Positions 38,119 through 47,789 of a stretch of DNA of 61,664 nucleotides are shown one piece after another. The stretch lies in IMG/VR virus record IMGVR_UViG_3300046488_000260, positions 1-61,664 of that record; one strand, 5' to 3'. This DNA comes from a virus (taxonomy: Duplodnaviria; Caudoviricetes). A program made the translations under genes and the position numbers. The notes below the pieces were generated by a model, which saw nothing but the letters and a program-made list of their open reading frames with translations, had not been told where the DNA came from and made no database searches. Numbering within the stretch: the first letter of the stretch is position 1; every line of letters starts with the position of its first letter.

Positions 38119-39681
38119 ATGAACGCCCTCGACAAAGTGATCGGTTACTTCTCCCCCGAGCGGGCATATCGGCGCGCGCGGTTCCGGTCCGCGGCCGAGA
38201 TGTTCGCGTATGACGGGGCGAAGTCGGGGCGACGGACCGATGGGTGGTATGCCGCCGGCGGCGATGCGAACACTGAGGTTGGCGCCTCCCTGATCAACCT
38301 GCGCAACCGGTCGCGCGATCTGCTGAGGAACAACCCGTACGCCACCAAGGCGATCGCCGAACTGGTCGGGAACACTGTGGGCACCGGCATCGTGCCGCAG
38401 GCGAAGACGGGGACGCCGGCGCTCGACAAGATCATCGATGCCGAGTGGTGCTACTTTGCTGAGAACTGCGACCCGGGCGGGCAGTTGGACTTCTATGGCA
38501 TGCAGGCGCTCATCGTGCGCACCACGGCCGAGAGCGGTGACGGGATCGTCCGGTTCCGGCCGCGGTTGCCGCAGGACAATTTCCGCGTGCCACTGCAGTT
38601 GCAGGTGCTGGAAGGGGACTTCCTGGATAGCTCCCGAACGATGGGGATTGCGAGCGGCCACATCGTCCAGGGCGTTCAATTCAACCTCTTCGGGCAGCGG
38701 GAGTCTTACTGGCTTTACAACTATCACCCGGGTGGCGTCTTCATGCTAAATCCGCGCGGCGGGATTCTCAGCCAGCCTGTGCCAGCAGCCCAGGTGATGC
38801 ACACCTACTGCATCTTGCGGCCCGGCCAGGTACGCGGCGTGCCCTGGCTGGCGCCCGTCATGCTTGCGATGCGAGATCTCGACGACTACCGGGATGCCGA
38901 GCGCATGCGGAAAAAGACCGAGGCGTGCCTGGCGGGCATCGTGACGCGGCCCGAGGGCTCGGGTGGCCTGCCGCTCGGTGCCAAGTCCACCGACCCTAAA
39001 ACCGGCAACACGCTGGAGAGGATGTATCCCGGCATGATCGAGTATTTGAAGCCGGGGGAAGACATCAAGTTCAACGCGCCGTCGCCGGCCGGCGGGTACC
39101 GCGACTACCTGATGACCGAGCTCCAGGGGATTGGCGCCGGCATCGACGTTCCCTATGAGTTGCTGTCCGGGGATTTGTCGAACGTCAACTATTCCTCCTA
39201 TCGCGCAGGCATGCTGGGGTTCCGTAACGCCATCGAGGCGTTCCGGTGGTTAACCCTGATCCCGATGTACTGCCGGCCGACGTGGCGGAGGTTCATTGAC
39301 ACCCTGGTGTTCATCGGAAAGATCCCCGAGGCGAATTACGGCGTGCAATGGACGGCGCCCAAGTTTGAATCCTTGGACCCGTTGAAGGATGCCATGGCCG
39401 AGTTGAAGCGCATCCGCACCGGCACGTTGACGTTGTCCGAGGCGATCGCCCAGAACGGCTACGACCCGGAGAAGCAGTTGCAGGAAATCCAGCGGATGAA
39501 TGAGCTGCTCGACGACTTGCAGATCATCCTGGACTGCGATCCGCGCAGAGTGAACGACAAGGGCGTCGAGCAGCCGACCGTCGGCGGTGACACGTCGCCG
39601 GCGCCAGCCGCGAAGCAGCCCGGCACGGTGAAGCATTCTGCCCGGCAGTGGGATTCGCCCACCAGAAGCTACACCTCGTAA
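38119..39681 (+). CDS. Portal protein, lambda family
   Basis: LRNRSRDL.RNNPYA, RPGQVRGVP.LAP, PYELLSGDLSNVNYSS.RAG, DPLKD. Confidence 0.95.
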   Translation: MNALDKVIGYFSPERAYRRARFRSAAEMFAYDGAKSGRRTDGWYAAGGDANTEVGASLINLRNRSRDLLRNNPYATKAIAELVGNTVGTGIVPQAKTGTPALDKIIDAEWCYFAENCDPGGQLDFYGMQALIVRTTAESGDGIVRFRPRLPQDNFRVPLQLQVLEGDFLDSSRTMGIASGHIVQGVQFNLFGQRESYWLYNYHPGGVFMLNPRGGILSQPVPAAQVMHTYCILRPGQVRGVPWLAPVMLAMRDLDDYRDAERMRKKTEACLAGIVTRPEGSGGLPLGAKSTDPKTGNTLERMYPGMIEYLKPGEDIKFNAPSPAGGYRDYLMTELQGIGAGIDVPYELLSGDLSNVNYSSYRAGMLGFRNAIEAFRWLTLIPMYCRPTWRRFIDTLVFIGKIPEANYGVQWTAPKFESLDPLKDAMAELKRIRTGTLTLSEAIAQNGYDPEKQLQEIQRMNELLDDLQIILDCDPRRVNDKGVEQPTVGGDTSPAPAAKQPGTVKHSARQWDSPTRSYTS

Positions 39682-39710
39682 ATCAACAGCAACAGGAAGG
39701 AGTCCTTTCT

Positions 39711-41789
39711 ATGCCCGAAGAAATTGCGGGGACAGCGTCGGAGACTGCTCCGGAGGCCTCTCCGGTGGAGATCATCGCAGCAGCGGCGGCGCCCGAGATC
39801 CCCCAGGAACTCCCGGAGTTCGAACTCGAGCGATTCACCGTGGCGGCGACCTTCGCCCCACCGTCGGCCAACGACGATGCCCGCACTATTGATGCGGTCT
39901 GGTACACGGGCGCGAAGGTGCCCCGGTTCGATTGGCGCACTGGAGAGGAATACGATCTCATCCTCGACATGAAAGGCTGCCGCATGGATCGCCTGAACAA
40001 CGGTGGTCCCTTGCTGGACTCCCATTCCGCCTGCGGGGTGGAGAGCCAACTCGGCGTGGTGCGCAAGGCGTGGTCTAAGAGAGGTACCGGCCTGGCCACG
40101 CTTCAGTTCAGCAAACGTGATGCCGTCACGCCGATCTGGAATGACGTCAAGGGCGGCATCATTCAGAACCTCAGCCCCGGCATGTGGATCTACAAGAAGG
40201 TCGACACCACGCCGAAGGGCCAGGAGCGTAAGGAGTTCACCGCGACGGATTGGGAACCGTTCGAGATCTCTCTCGTGCCGGTTCCGGCTGACGCGGCCAC
40301 AACGTTCATGTCGGCGGCGGGCATGCCGCCGGCAGAACCGACTGTAGGGGAAGTGCAACGGGCAACTGCCCAAGAGGAGAAACCTGAGATGGAAACGACA
40401 GTGCAGGCTTCGGGCGAAGAAGCCCGTCAGAACGAAGATTCCCTCGCCGCGGCGCGCGACGAGGCAGTGCGGGCGGAGCGGCTGCGCGCAAGTACGATTC
40501 GCGCCATCGCGACCGGCCCCTTCCAGGTGGAGGAGAGCTTCCTCTCCGCGCTGATTGACGAGGGTGTGTCGGTCGACGTCGCCCGGAAGCGCATCATGGA
40601 GAAGCTCGATGCGGAGTACCGGGCCCGTCCCACCGTGCCGATTAATCCGCCCGCCAGCCATGTCCTCAGCGACGAGACCGACAAGCGGCGCGAAGGCATG
40701 GAGGCTGCGTTGCTCCTGCGGGGCAATCCGCGTGCGTCCGGCGAGATGGTCGACAAGGGCCGGGAATTTGCCGGGCTCACTTTGGTTGACATGGCGCGCG
40801 AATGCCTGGATGCCGCCGGCGTCAAAACGCGCGGCATGTCCCGCAACGAGATCGCGCGGGTCGCGCTGCAGGGGCGCAATGGGGCCGCCGAGTATTTCGA
40901 CGGCGCCATGACCACCAGCGACTTTCCCAACATCCTGGCCAACGTCGCCAACAAGACCCTGCGCCAGGCGTATGACGCGGCGCCCCGCACCTTCGTACCC
41001 TTCTGCCGCCAGGTCACGGCGTTCGACTTCAAGCCGGTGAATCGCATTCAGTTGAGCGACATCGCCGCGTTGCAGAAGACCAACGAAAACGGGGAGTTCG
41101 TTCGTATCTATGTGGGCGACTCCAAGGAGTCCTACGCGCTGACGACCTGGGGCGGCATCGTACCGATCACCCGCAAGGTGGTCCTCAACGACGATCTCCA
41201 GGCGTTGACGCGGGTTCCCGCTGGTTTGGGCATCGCGGCCGCCACGCTGGAGAGCGACACCGTGTGGGCTGTGATCACGGCGAACGCGAACATGTCCGAC
41301 GGCTTGCCCCTGTTCCACGCCACGCACAAGAACCTGACGGCCACCAACGGCCTGGCGGCGGTGGCCAACATCACCGCGGCGCGCAAGGTGATGCGCAAGC
41401 AGACCGCGCCCAAGGGCACGATCCTGAACCTGATTCCCAAGTTCCTGATCATCCCGGCGGCGCTCGAAGGCATTGCGGTCCAGCTCACCAACCCGATCAA
41501 CCTGGCGGCCACCGCGTCGTCGGCCGACGTGCCCGCCTTCGTGCGCGCGATGGTGCCGATCGTGGAGCCGCGCCTCGATGCGGTCGCCAGCGTCGGCGAC
41601 ACCAACTGGTACACGGCGGCGGACCCGAGTTCGATCGACACGATCGAGTACTGCTACCTCGAGGGGCAGCAGGGTGTCTACCTCGAGACCCGGCAGGGCT
41701 TCGAGGTGGATGGCGTCGAGATCAAGGCTCGCCTGGATTTCGCGGCCGCGGCGATCGACTTCCGCGGCTTGCAGAAGAACACGGCGTAG
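39711..41789 (+). CDS. Prohead protease - major capsid protein fusion
   Basis: PLLDSH...WEPFEISLVPVPAD protease; TTSDFP.IL...IKARLDF capsid domain (Mu gpT-like). Confidence 0.9.
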   Translation: MPEEIAGTASETAPEASPVEIIAAAAAPEIPQELPEFELERFTVAATFAPPSANDDARTIDAVWYTGAKVPRFDWRTGEEYDLILDMKGCRMDRLNNGGPLLDSHSACGVESQLGVVRKAWSKRGTGLATLQFSKRDAVTPIWNDVKGGIIQNLSPGMWIYKKVDTTPKGQERKEFTATDWEPFEISLVPVPADAATTFMSAAGMPPAEPTVGEVQRATAQEEKPEMETTVQASGEEARQNEDSLAAARDEAVRAERLRASTIRAIATGPFQVEESFLSALIDEGVSVDVARKRIMEKLDAEYRARPTVPINPPASHVLSDETDKRREGMEAALLLRGNPRASGEMVDKGREFAGLTLVDMARECLDAAGVKTRGMSRNEIARVALQGRNGAAEYFDGAMTTSDFPNILANVANKTLRQAYDAAPRTFVPFCRQVTAFDFKPVNRIQLSDIAALQKTNENGEFVRIYVGDSKESYALTTWGGIVPITRKVVLNDDLQALTRVPAGLGIAAATLESDTVWAVITANANMSDGLPLFHATHKNLTATNGLAAVANITAARKVMRKQTAPKGTILNLIPKFLIIPAALEGIAVQLTNPINLAATASSADVPAFVRAMVPIVEPRLDAVASVGDTNWYTAADPSSIDTIEYCYLEGQQGVYLETRQGFEVDGVEIKARLDFAAAAIDFRGLQKNTA

Positions 41790-41805
41790 GACGGCGATGA
41801 CAAGC

Positions 41806-41827
41806 GGGGCGGTGGCGATGCCGCCCC
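41806..41827 (+). terminator. GC-rich hairpin after the capsid gene
   Basis: GGGGCGG...CCGCCCC inverted repeat. Confidence 0.5.
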
Positions 41828-41858
41828 TTCAACTCACAACAAAAGGAGAACAAACACC

Positions 41859-42572
41859 ATGATCAATTTCGTAAAAAGCGGTGATACTCTCACCCTCGCG
41901 GCGCCCTACGACGTGCTGTCCGGCGGCGGCCTCAAGGTGGGCAACGTCTTCGGTGTGGCCGCCAACGACACGCCCTCGGGCTCCGACGTCACGTGCGAGG
42001 TCGAGGGTGTGTACGATCTCGCCAAGGACGCCAGCGTTTTCGCCCAGGGCGATTTGGCCTACTGGGACGACACGGCGAAGAAGGTGACGTCCACGGTAGG
42101 CAGCAATCTGTTGATCGGCGCGGTGGAGGTGGCTGCCGCGACGGGCGTCACCGTGGTGCGAGTCAACCTGTTTGGCGTGCCCGGCTTCTCGGGGCAGGCG
42201 CACGGCCTCAAGGTCGCGTATGCCAAATACGATTTCAGCGTGGATGGCGGCGCCACTTGTACGCCGGCCGTCAGCGACACCATTCCCGACAACGCGGTGG
42301 TGCTCGGCGGTGGAGTGAACTCGACCACGGCGGTTGCCGCCGCGGGGAGTGCCACGGTGTCGATCGGGACCGCCGCCGGGTCCGGCGCCGCCTCGATTCT
42401 GACCGCCACCGCAAAGGCGTCGCTCAGTGCCGATGCGGTAGTCGTGCCGACGTGCGTGGCCACCCCGTTCAAGATGACGGCGGCCGGCAAGATCAACGTC
42501 ACGATCGCCACTGGCCCGCTGACCGCAGGCGTCATCGAAGTGTGGGTGCTCTACACCACCGCCTCGGCGTAG
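41859..42572 (+). CDS. DUF2190 family capsid cement/decoration protein with an extra C-terminal beta domain
   Basis: MINFVKSGDTLTL.AP...FGVA...GVYDLAK...YWD; about 125 extra residues. Confidence 0.8.
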   Translation: MINFVKSGDTLTLAAPYDVLSGGGLKVGNVFGVAANDTPSGSDVTCEVEGVYDLAKDASVFAQGDLAYWDDTAKKVTSTVGSNLLIGAVEVAAATGVTVVRVNLFGVPGFSGQAHGLKVAYAKYDFSVDGGATCTPAVSDTIPDNAVVLGGGVNSTTAVAAAGSATVSIGTAAGSGAASILTATAKASLSADAVVVPTCVATPFKMTAAGKINVTIATGPLTAGVIEVWVLYTTASA

Positions 42573-42576
42573 CCCC

Positions 42577-42897
42577 ATGGCGGCATGGGCGCAACAATCC
42601 GGTTTGGCGAACGCGGCTCTCCTGGCCGCGTTCGGCGAACCGATTACGTACATCCCCAACAAGGGGTCGGGCGAGCCGATCACGACGGTGGCGATCCTGG
42701 ATAAGCCGCAGATTGACCAATCTGCCTCGCCGGGATACTTCGCGGACGTTCACATCGACCCCCTCCAGGTAACCAACCCAGCACGCGGTGATCAGGTTGT
42801 CTGGGCGGATGGCGTCACCTACACCGTGGCGAAGGTGGTTCGGCCGGATCCCTACGGTCTTTTTGTCGCCGCGCTCCACCGGACATTTGACCCATGA
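42577..42897 (+). CDS. Head closure / head-tail joining protein
   Basis: AFGEPITY.P...PARGDQV...GVTYTV; position after the decoration gene. Confidence 0.7.
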   Translation: MAAWAQQSGLANAALLAAFGEPITYIPNKGSGEPITTVAILDKPQIDQSASPGYFADVHIDPLQVTNPARGDQVVWADGVTYTVAKVVRPDPYGLFVAALHRTFDP

Positions 42898-43436
42898 GCA
42901 GCATACAGGTTTCCAGACTTCTCCGGCTGGCACTGGAGACTTCTTTCGGCGCCGATTTCACCACGTATCTTTCGGCGGCGTGTGTCGATTTCGGCATCCC
43001 TGACCTGGGGTATGCCATAAATTTCCAGGAGCTTGCCAACGCTCCGCAGAATTTCTACCGGGGCGACTGGACGCTCGATGGGTTGATGGCTACGCGCGAG
43101 CCGGAACTTCCAGCGTTGGCGATGTGGACTGGCGAGGGCGGCCAGTATGGCGCGGGCCAGCGAGAAATGCCGCGCGCCTTCAGCGGCTTCGTGTTCGCGC
43201 ACTGGCGTTTCTTTCTATCCATCCCCGGCAGCCGGCGCACGGAATTGACGGATCTCCGCGAGGCCACAGAATCCGCGATGGTGGCCGTGCTCGCGACGGT
43301 AGTTTCCGACGTGACATATCGCGGGGATCTGGCGTGGCACGCGCTCCCGGAGCAGGTCTGGCTGGACCAGGATCAACACGCCGTTGGTTTCGTGCAGGAA
43401 GTGGAATACCAGGCATCTTTTGAGGTGAACGTATGA
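42894..43436 (+). CDS. Putative tail terminator/completion protein
   Basis: Size, position and ATGA coupling only. Confidence 0.5.
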   Translation: MSSIQVSRLLRLALETSFGADFTTYLSAACVDFGIPDLGYAINFQELANAPQNFYRGDWTLDGLMATREPELPALAMWTGEGGQYGAGQREMPRAFSGFVFAHWRFFLSIPGSRRTELTDLREATESAMVAVLATVVSDVTYRGDLAWHALPEQVWLDQDQHAVGFVQEVEYQASFEVNV

Positions 43437-43720
43437 CGACTTTTGTGTTTCTCGGCGCCTATAGCGAGGTGCTGGGCGCCGGCATCAAACTCACGCGCTT
43501 CGGGCAGCGGGTGGATCTGCCGCCCGACATCGCAGATGAAACCAGGCTGGCGGGCGGTCTGCCCTGCATCCCCGCAGAGCAGTTCGATGCCATCGGTTTC
43601 ACGGCCGAGGAACTGCGCAAATATGGCCCGGCGGCCGCGCACGAAAATGCAACGCCCGAGTTCCTGGCCAAGAAGGTACAGGCACTGGAAATCCTGCACA
43701 CGATCCGAGAGGGTGAATAG
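43433..43720 (+). CDS. Hypothetical virion-module protein
   Basis: ATGA-coupled 95-aa ORF. Confidence 0.65.
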   Translation: MTTFVFLGAYSEVLGAGIKLTRFGQRVDLPPDIADETRLAGGLPCIPAEQFDAIGFTAEELRKYGPAAAHENATPEFLAKKVQALEILHTIREGE

Positions 43721-43722
43721 CC

Positions 43723-44727
43723 ATGTCGAATCCCGCATTTACGCGCAATCAGATGTGCTTTCCGGTCCTGGAGAGCACGTTCGGTACGGCAGTTACCCCA
43801 GTGGGCGCGAATGCGTGCCTCATCACCAGCCTCGCAACTCAGGCGTCGCAGCCGGAGATCCCCCGCCCCGACAAGACGGGTTCGCTGGGCGAGATCATTG
43901 GCATCCCGGGGCGCAAGACCGCGACCTGGAACGCCGCGATGTCGATGGCGGGAAACGGCGCCGCGGGCATTGCCCCGGACTGCGACAAGCTGCTGCAGCT
44001 CATCTTCGGCAAGGCGGTCACCATCGTGGCATCCACCTCCGCCACGTATGGCCTGGATGACAACAACTACTCGGCCTCGATCTGGCACTACAACGACCCG
44101 AGCACCGTGGCGCAGTACGTAGCCATCGGCGCGGTCTGCCATCAGTTGAAGATCAGCTTCGGCGGCGACATCCCGACCCTGGAATTCTCGGGATCCGCGC
44201 TCTGGGTGCTCGATAGCGACCAGCTCGCCGACGGCACGATGGACAGCATCGGCAAGGGCGGAATCTCGGCCTGGACGGCGCGGCCGACTCCGACCGTGAA
44301 CGGCAAGCCGCCGGCGGGGTTCACTGGCGCCATCACCCTCGATGGGCAGGCATACACCACCCTCCGCCAGGGCAGTATCACGCTCGCTGTGGCCCGCAAC
44401 CTCCCCGGTGACACCTTTAACAGCTACTACAGCGCAGCGCCCGTCCCCGGGTTGCGCGCGGTATCGGTTGATTTCGGCATTTATGATGACGACTCCGCCA
44501 ACCTGAAGGCGTTGAAACAAAAGGCATTCAACAAGACCGTGGTGGATCTCGGGTTCCAGATTGGGACCGCGGCGGGCAACAAGTGGACGTTTACGACCAA
44601 GAACGTGATGCTGCCGGCGCCCGTGCTGGATCAGGGCGCGGACCGGCGCGCGCTATCGTTCAGCGGCGCGAAGGCCCACGACACCAGCCTTGGCAGCAAG
44701 GACGCCATGAATTTGGCCATCACGTAA
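43723..44727 (+). CDS. Major tail tube protein
   Basis: LESTFGTA N-terminus, beta-rich 334 aa, GTAAGNK; precedes the chaperone and tape measure genes. Confidence 0.75.
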   Translation: MSNPAFTRNQMCFPVLESTFGTAVTPVGANACLITSLATQASQPEIPRPDKTGSLGEIIGIPGRKTATWNAAMSMAGNGAAGIAPDCDKLLQLIFGKAVTIVASTSATYGLDDNNYSASIWHYNDPSTVAQYVAIGAVCHQLKISFGGDIPTLEFSGSALWVLDSDQLADGTMDSIGKGGISAWTARPTPTVNGKPPAGFTGAITLDGQAYTTLRQGSITLAVARNLPGDTFNSYYSAAPVPGLRAVSVDFGIYDDDSANLKALKQKAFNKTVVDLGFQIGTAAGNKWTFTTKNVMLPAPVLDQGADRRALSFSGAKAHDTSLGSKDAMNLAIT

Positions 44728-45101
44728 GTTTTGCCTCGTCGGAGGAATCGGTGGATTACTCATATGTTCGAATGGCGGGCCGGAAGCTCGGCTAGCGCAG
44801 CCGGCGAACCCGATGCCGGGTTTCATAGCCGTGGCCAGTTGCCTTTCGAACCAATTTGCCCGCCCGGTAAACGCTACCGCGTCAGCGAAGATCTATCGTC
44901 AGTTGGGCACACCTCAGCATCGCGCGTGATACGTCCAAGTGCCAGGTAAGTCATTCTACGGTAACGCCACATATCATTCCTGATTCCCGGTAGGAGGGTT
45001 GCGGCCCCCGCCACTCTACGATAGTGCCGTGGCGTTAAGGTGATCTGACGGATCTCGGAGGATTGAGTATCGGGCTTACAATAGTTTTGGAGCGGTACTG
45101 C

Positions 45102-45377
45102 ATGCTCGTGCCTGAGGAATTGATTAAGCGAGCCTCGGATGGCGATCAACAAGCATTCAACGAGGTCGCGCTTGCCTATAGCAAACGTGTTCGTGCGACC
45201 ATTGACCGAATTGCTGCCGGTTCGGAACAAACGGCGAATATTTCGGAGACTGTGTTCCTCCGCCTTTACTCTTCCCTGCATGAATTGAATTCGGTGCAGT
45301 CATTTGAACCTTGGCTATACCGCTTGACGGTCAATGCTGCGTATGACTTTCTGCGAAACGAGAGACGCAACCGATAA
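45102..45377 (+). CDS. Truncated ECF sigma factor (region 2 only)
   Basis: ELIKRASDGDQQAFNEV...ETVFLRLY..L.....SFEPWLYRLTVNAAYDFLR, then a stop; no region 4. Confidence 0.7.
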   Translation: MLVPEELIKRASDGDQQAFNEVALAYSKRVRATIDRIAAGSEQTANISETVFLRLYSSLHELNSVQSFEPWLYRLTVNAAYDFLRNERRNR

Positions 45378-45644
45378 AGAATTCGAGCGACACAGAACAC
45401 TGCGCTGGTCTGTAGCCATGTCGGACACCTGTTCCAAAGGAAATCGGCGTTCTTTCCGATAACGGCAGAAAAACGGCGTTACCGTAGAATGGCGGGGCAT
45501 CCGGACGTAACGTCGCCATGTCGGACTTTGATCGGCCAGATGGTCACGGACTCGGCGTTCTGAGCCATAGATCCTCTCTGGTCGCGCAGCGTTTAGGAAC
45601 CTACTTCGAGCGGAATGCGCCTTAGCAAAAATAGCCAGCCCTGC

Positions 45645-46130
45645 TCACTGGAATCCCCAGTTACGTTCTAGAACACGGACACAGGCATTCCACCGAAGCA
45701 CCGACTCATCGTTGTCGCGGGGCCGAATCGCCTGGGCTTTGCGATACCATTCCATGGCATTCTGAAATAAGGTGTACGCCGCCCGACGAGAGCGGTAGTC
45801 GGCGCGTCGACTAATCATAGCGGTTGCCTCTCGCTCTTGCACGATGCCCGAATAGTAGGCCCGGTGGTACTCGTTTGGCAACCCTTCCGCAATAGCTAGC
45901 GCCTCTTTGGATGTGGCACCTCGCTCGAACTGGTCTGTCAAAGATAAGACCAAAATGATGAGGGCCGCTTGGTTCGCTGGATCGACGGCGAGCACATCCC
46001 GACATATACTCTCAGCTTGCCAAGGCTGATTCAGGAGACGATACCGTTCCGCTCTTGAAAGCGCTCCAGGTATCGCCTCGCGGGATATCAGCATCAGTTT
46101 GGGTGGTCCATCCGGCTCTTGCGTTTCCAT
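45645..46130 (-). CDS. TPR-like helical hypothetical protein (bacterial-type moron)
   Basis: AERYRLLN.P.QAESIC.DVLAVDP.NQ...YYSGIV.ER...AMEWY.KA...LRWNAC; antisense to the tail operon, lower GC. Confidence 0.7.
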   Translation of the reverse strand: METQEPDGPPKLMLISREAIPGALSRAERYRLLNQPWQAESICRDVLAVDPANQAALIILVLSLTDQFERGATSKEALAIAEGLPNEYHRAYYSGIVQEREATAMISRRADYRSRRAAYTLFQNAMEWYRKAQAIRPRDNDESVLRWNACVRVLERNWGFQ

Positions 46131-46261
46131 CCATGAGCAGCTTACGCTTGTTGCCGGTTGAGTGCAAGCTCAGAGCGGCCTTCAAGGGCTTCGAATGGCG
46201 CTTTGAGTTCATTCCCCTCTGGGAAAGAGCAGCTGCTTAGCGTCTCCCAAAACTAAGACCT

Positions 46262-46819
46262 ATGACCACCCACATTTCCACCAAGACCATCGAAAGCAAG
46301 TCATTTCCCGGCGTTCGTTTCGTCATCAAGCGCATGACAAAGCGGCGCGCCGATGCCCTTGATGACGCGCAGGCGCCATTCCGGGAACGTCTGCGCCCTC
46401 TGTACGAAGAGTTCACACCCCTCGACAAGGAGCGGGTGGAACTCAAGGGCGCGTTCCCCGCGGATAAGGCGCAGCGGTGGTCGGAACTGCTGCGCGAAAT
46501 TGGCAAGATCGACAGCAACGAGATGACGCCCGTCGCGGCGCGGTTTTGCCTGGTGCGGATCGAGGACCTGGAGATCACCTATCCAGGCGCGGACGGTGCG
46601 GATGTAACGGAGCCCGCGACGCTCGATCTCGTCATGGCGAATGGGCCGGACGCACTCTACCAGGAGATCGTGCACGAGATCAAACGAGAGTGCGGTCTGC
46701 TGCCGGAAGAAGTGGAAAATTTAAACTTGCCCTCCACTTCGGCCGCAGCGGTGGATGGGAAACCCGAGAGTGCGGACCCTGTCGAGAAGCCGGAAACGAT
46801 TACAGTCTCGGCTGTTTGA
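46262..46819 (+). CDS. Tail assembly chaperone (lambda gpG-like)
   Basis: Position between tube and tape measure genes; contains a slippery sequence. Confidence 0.7.
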   Translation: MTTHISTKTIESKSFPGVRFVIKRMTKRRADALDDAQAPFRERLRPLYEEFTPLDKERVELKGAFPADKAQRWSELLREIGKIDSNEMTPVAARFCLVRIEDLEITYPGADGADVTEPATLDLVMANGPDALYQEIVHEIKRECGLLPEEVENLNLPSTSAAAVDGKPESADPVEKPETITVSAV

Positions 46820-47166
46820 AGTATCACGGGCCGGGCAAGTGCGAGTGCCCGAACCACCAAAAGACAGCGGTCACAGAGAACCCGTCCTGGCGTGCCGTGT
46901 ACTACACCGCAGACGGCAAGACGACCTGGGACGTGGACGTGGAATCCATGGCGTGCCCGGTGGCGGTTATTGCGCAGGACTCGATTGCTGCGGCCCGGCA
47001 ATTCAGCGAAGCCAATCGAACGCACAAGATCGGCGGCGTGCTCTACGGTCCCGACTCGTCACGATGGCCGGCCAGGTGGCACGACATTGTGACCATCTTG
47101 CAGTACGAAGTTGAGCGCGAGCAAGCGGCCGCCAACAGGGCTATCAACGCACGCAGGCCAACCTGA
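46720..47166 (+). CDS. Tail chaperone -1 frameshift extension (gpGT-like)
   Basis: Open -1 frame after A AAT TTA AAC with no obvious RBS/start of its own; stop overlaps the next ATG. Confidence 0.7.
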   Translation, partial: FKLALHFGRSGGWETRECGPCREAGNDYSLGCLKYHGPGKCECPNHQKTAVTENPSWRAVYYTADGKTTWDVDVESMACPVAVIAQDSIAAARQFSEANRTHKIGGVLYGPDSSRWPARWHDIVTILQYEVEREQAAANRAINARRPT

Positions 47167-47789
47167 TGCCTCTCCCCAAGATCACCATCAAGACGCGGAA
47201 GGACGGGCGCCAGGTGGCCCGGTTCCGTGACAACCAGGGACTGGTACGAACGGCGCCTTCGATGCAGGGGAACGCGGGTTCGTGGGTGCGCGCGGAGCAG
47301 GTCAAGCAGCTCGCAGACTACGGCATCGTCCTCCAGGTGGCGCAGGCGCGCGCAGGCATCGCGTCGGACGGCCAGGCCATGCCGCCTCTCAAGGGCGGCA
47401 GCCGCGCGGTGTTCGTTGCGGCGGTCAACGGACGCGCCCGGTTCACGCGCAAGACGTACGGCGATTGGAAAGCGGCGCATGGCCTGCAGCCCATTCGCGA
47501 CCTCTACGGCGCCGGCAAGGGCGGCCACATGCTCGACGATATCCGCATCAACTATCTGGACGACCGGCAGTCCACCATCGCCATCACGAGCAAGGTAAGT
47601 AGGGACAAGGCGCGCGCCAACGAGCAGAGGGCGCCCTGGTGGGGCTGGTCCACGGACTCCGTTCGTAAGTTGACGGCGGCCGCGGCGGAGATCTTCCAGA
47701 CCGGCGTGGCGGAGCATCTGTTTGCCATGGGGTTGATCGGCGCGAGCGCGCTTTCTGAAGCAAAACGCATGTGGCGCAAGGTGGCCTGA
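47166..47789 (+). CDS. Basic tail-associated hypothetical protein (neck/tail completion-like)
   Basis: TGATG-coupled on both sides; Arg/Lys-rich. Confidence 0.6.
   Translation: MPLPKITIKTRKDGRQVARFRDNQGLVRTAPSMQGNAGSWVRAEQVKQLADYGIVLQVAQARAGIASDGQAMPPLKGGSRAVFVAAVNGRARFTRKTYGDWKAAHGLQPIRDLYGAGKGGHMLDDIRINYLDDRQSTIAITSKVSRDKARANEQRAPWWGWSTDSVRKLTAAAAEIFQTGVAEHLFAMGLIGASALSEAKRMWRKVA

Noticed and set aside
39669-41327. Long antisense or alternate-frame ORFs (e.g. 39669-41327, 47552-49015, 16698-17894, 10568-11596)
   Set aside because: Shadow ORFs expected in high-GC coding DNA; they overlap well-supported genes and lack motifs
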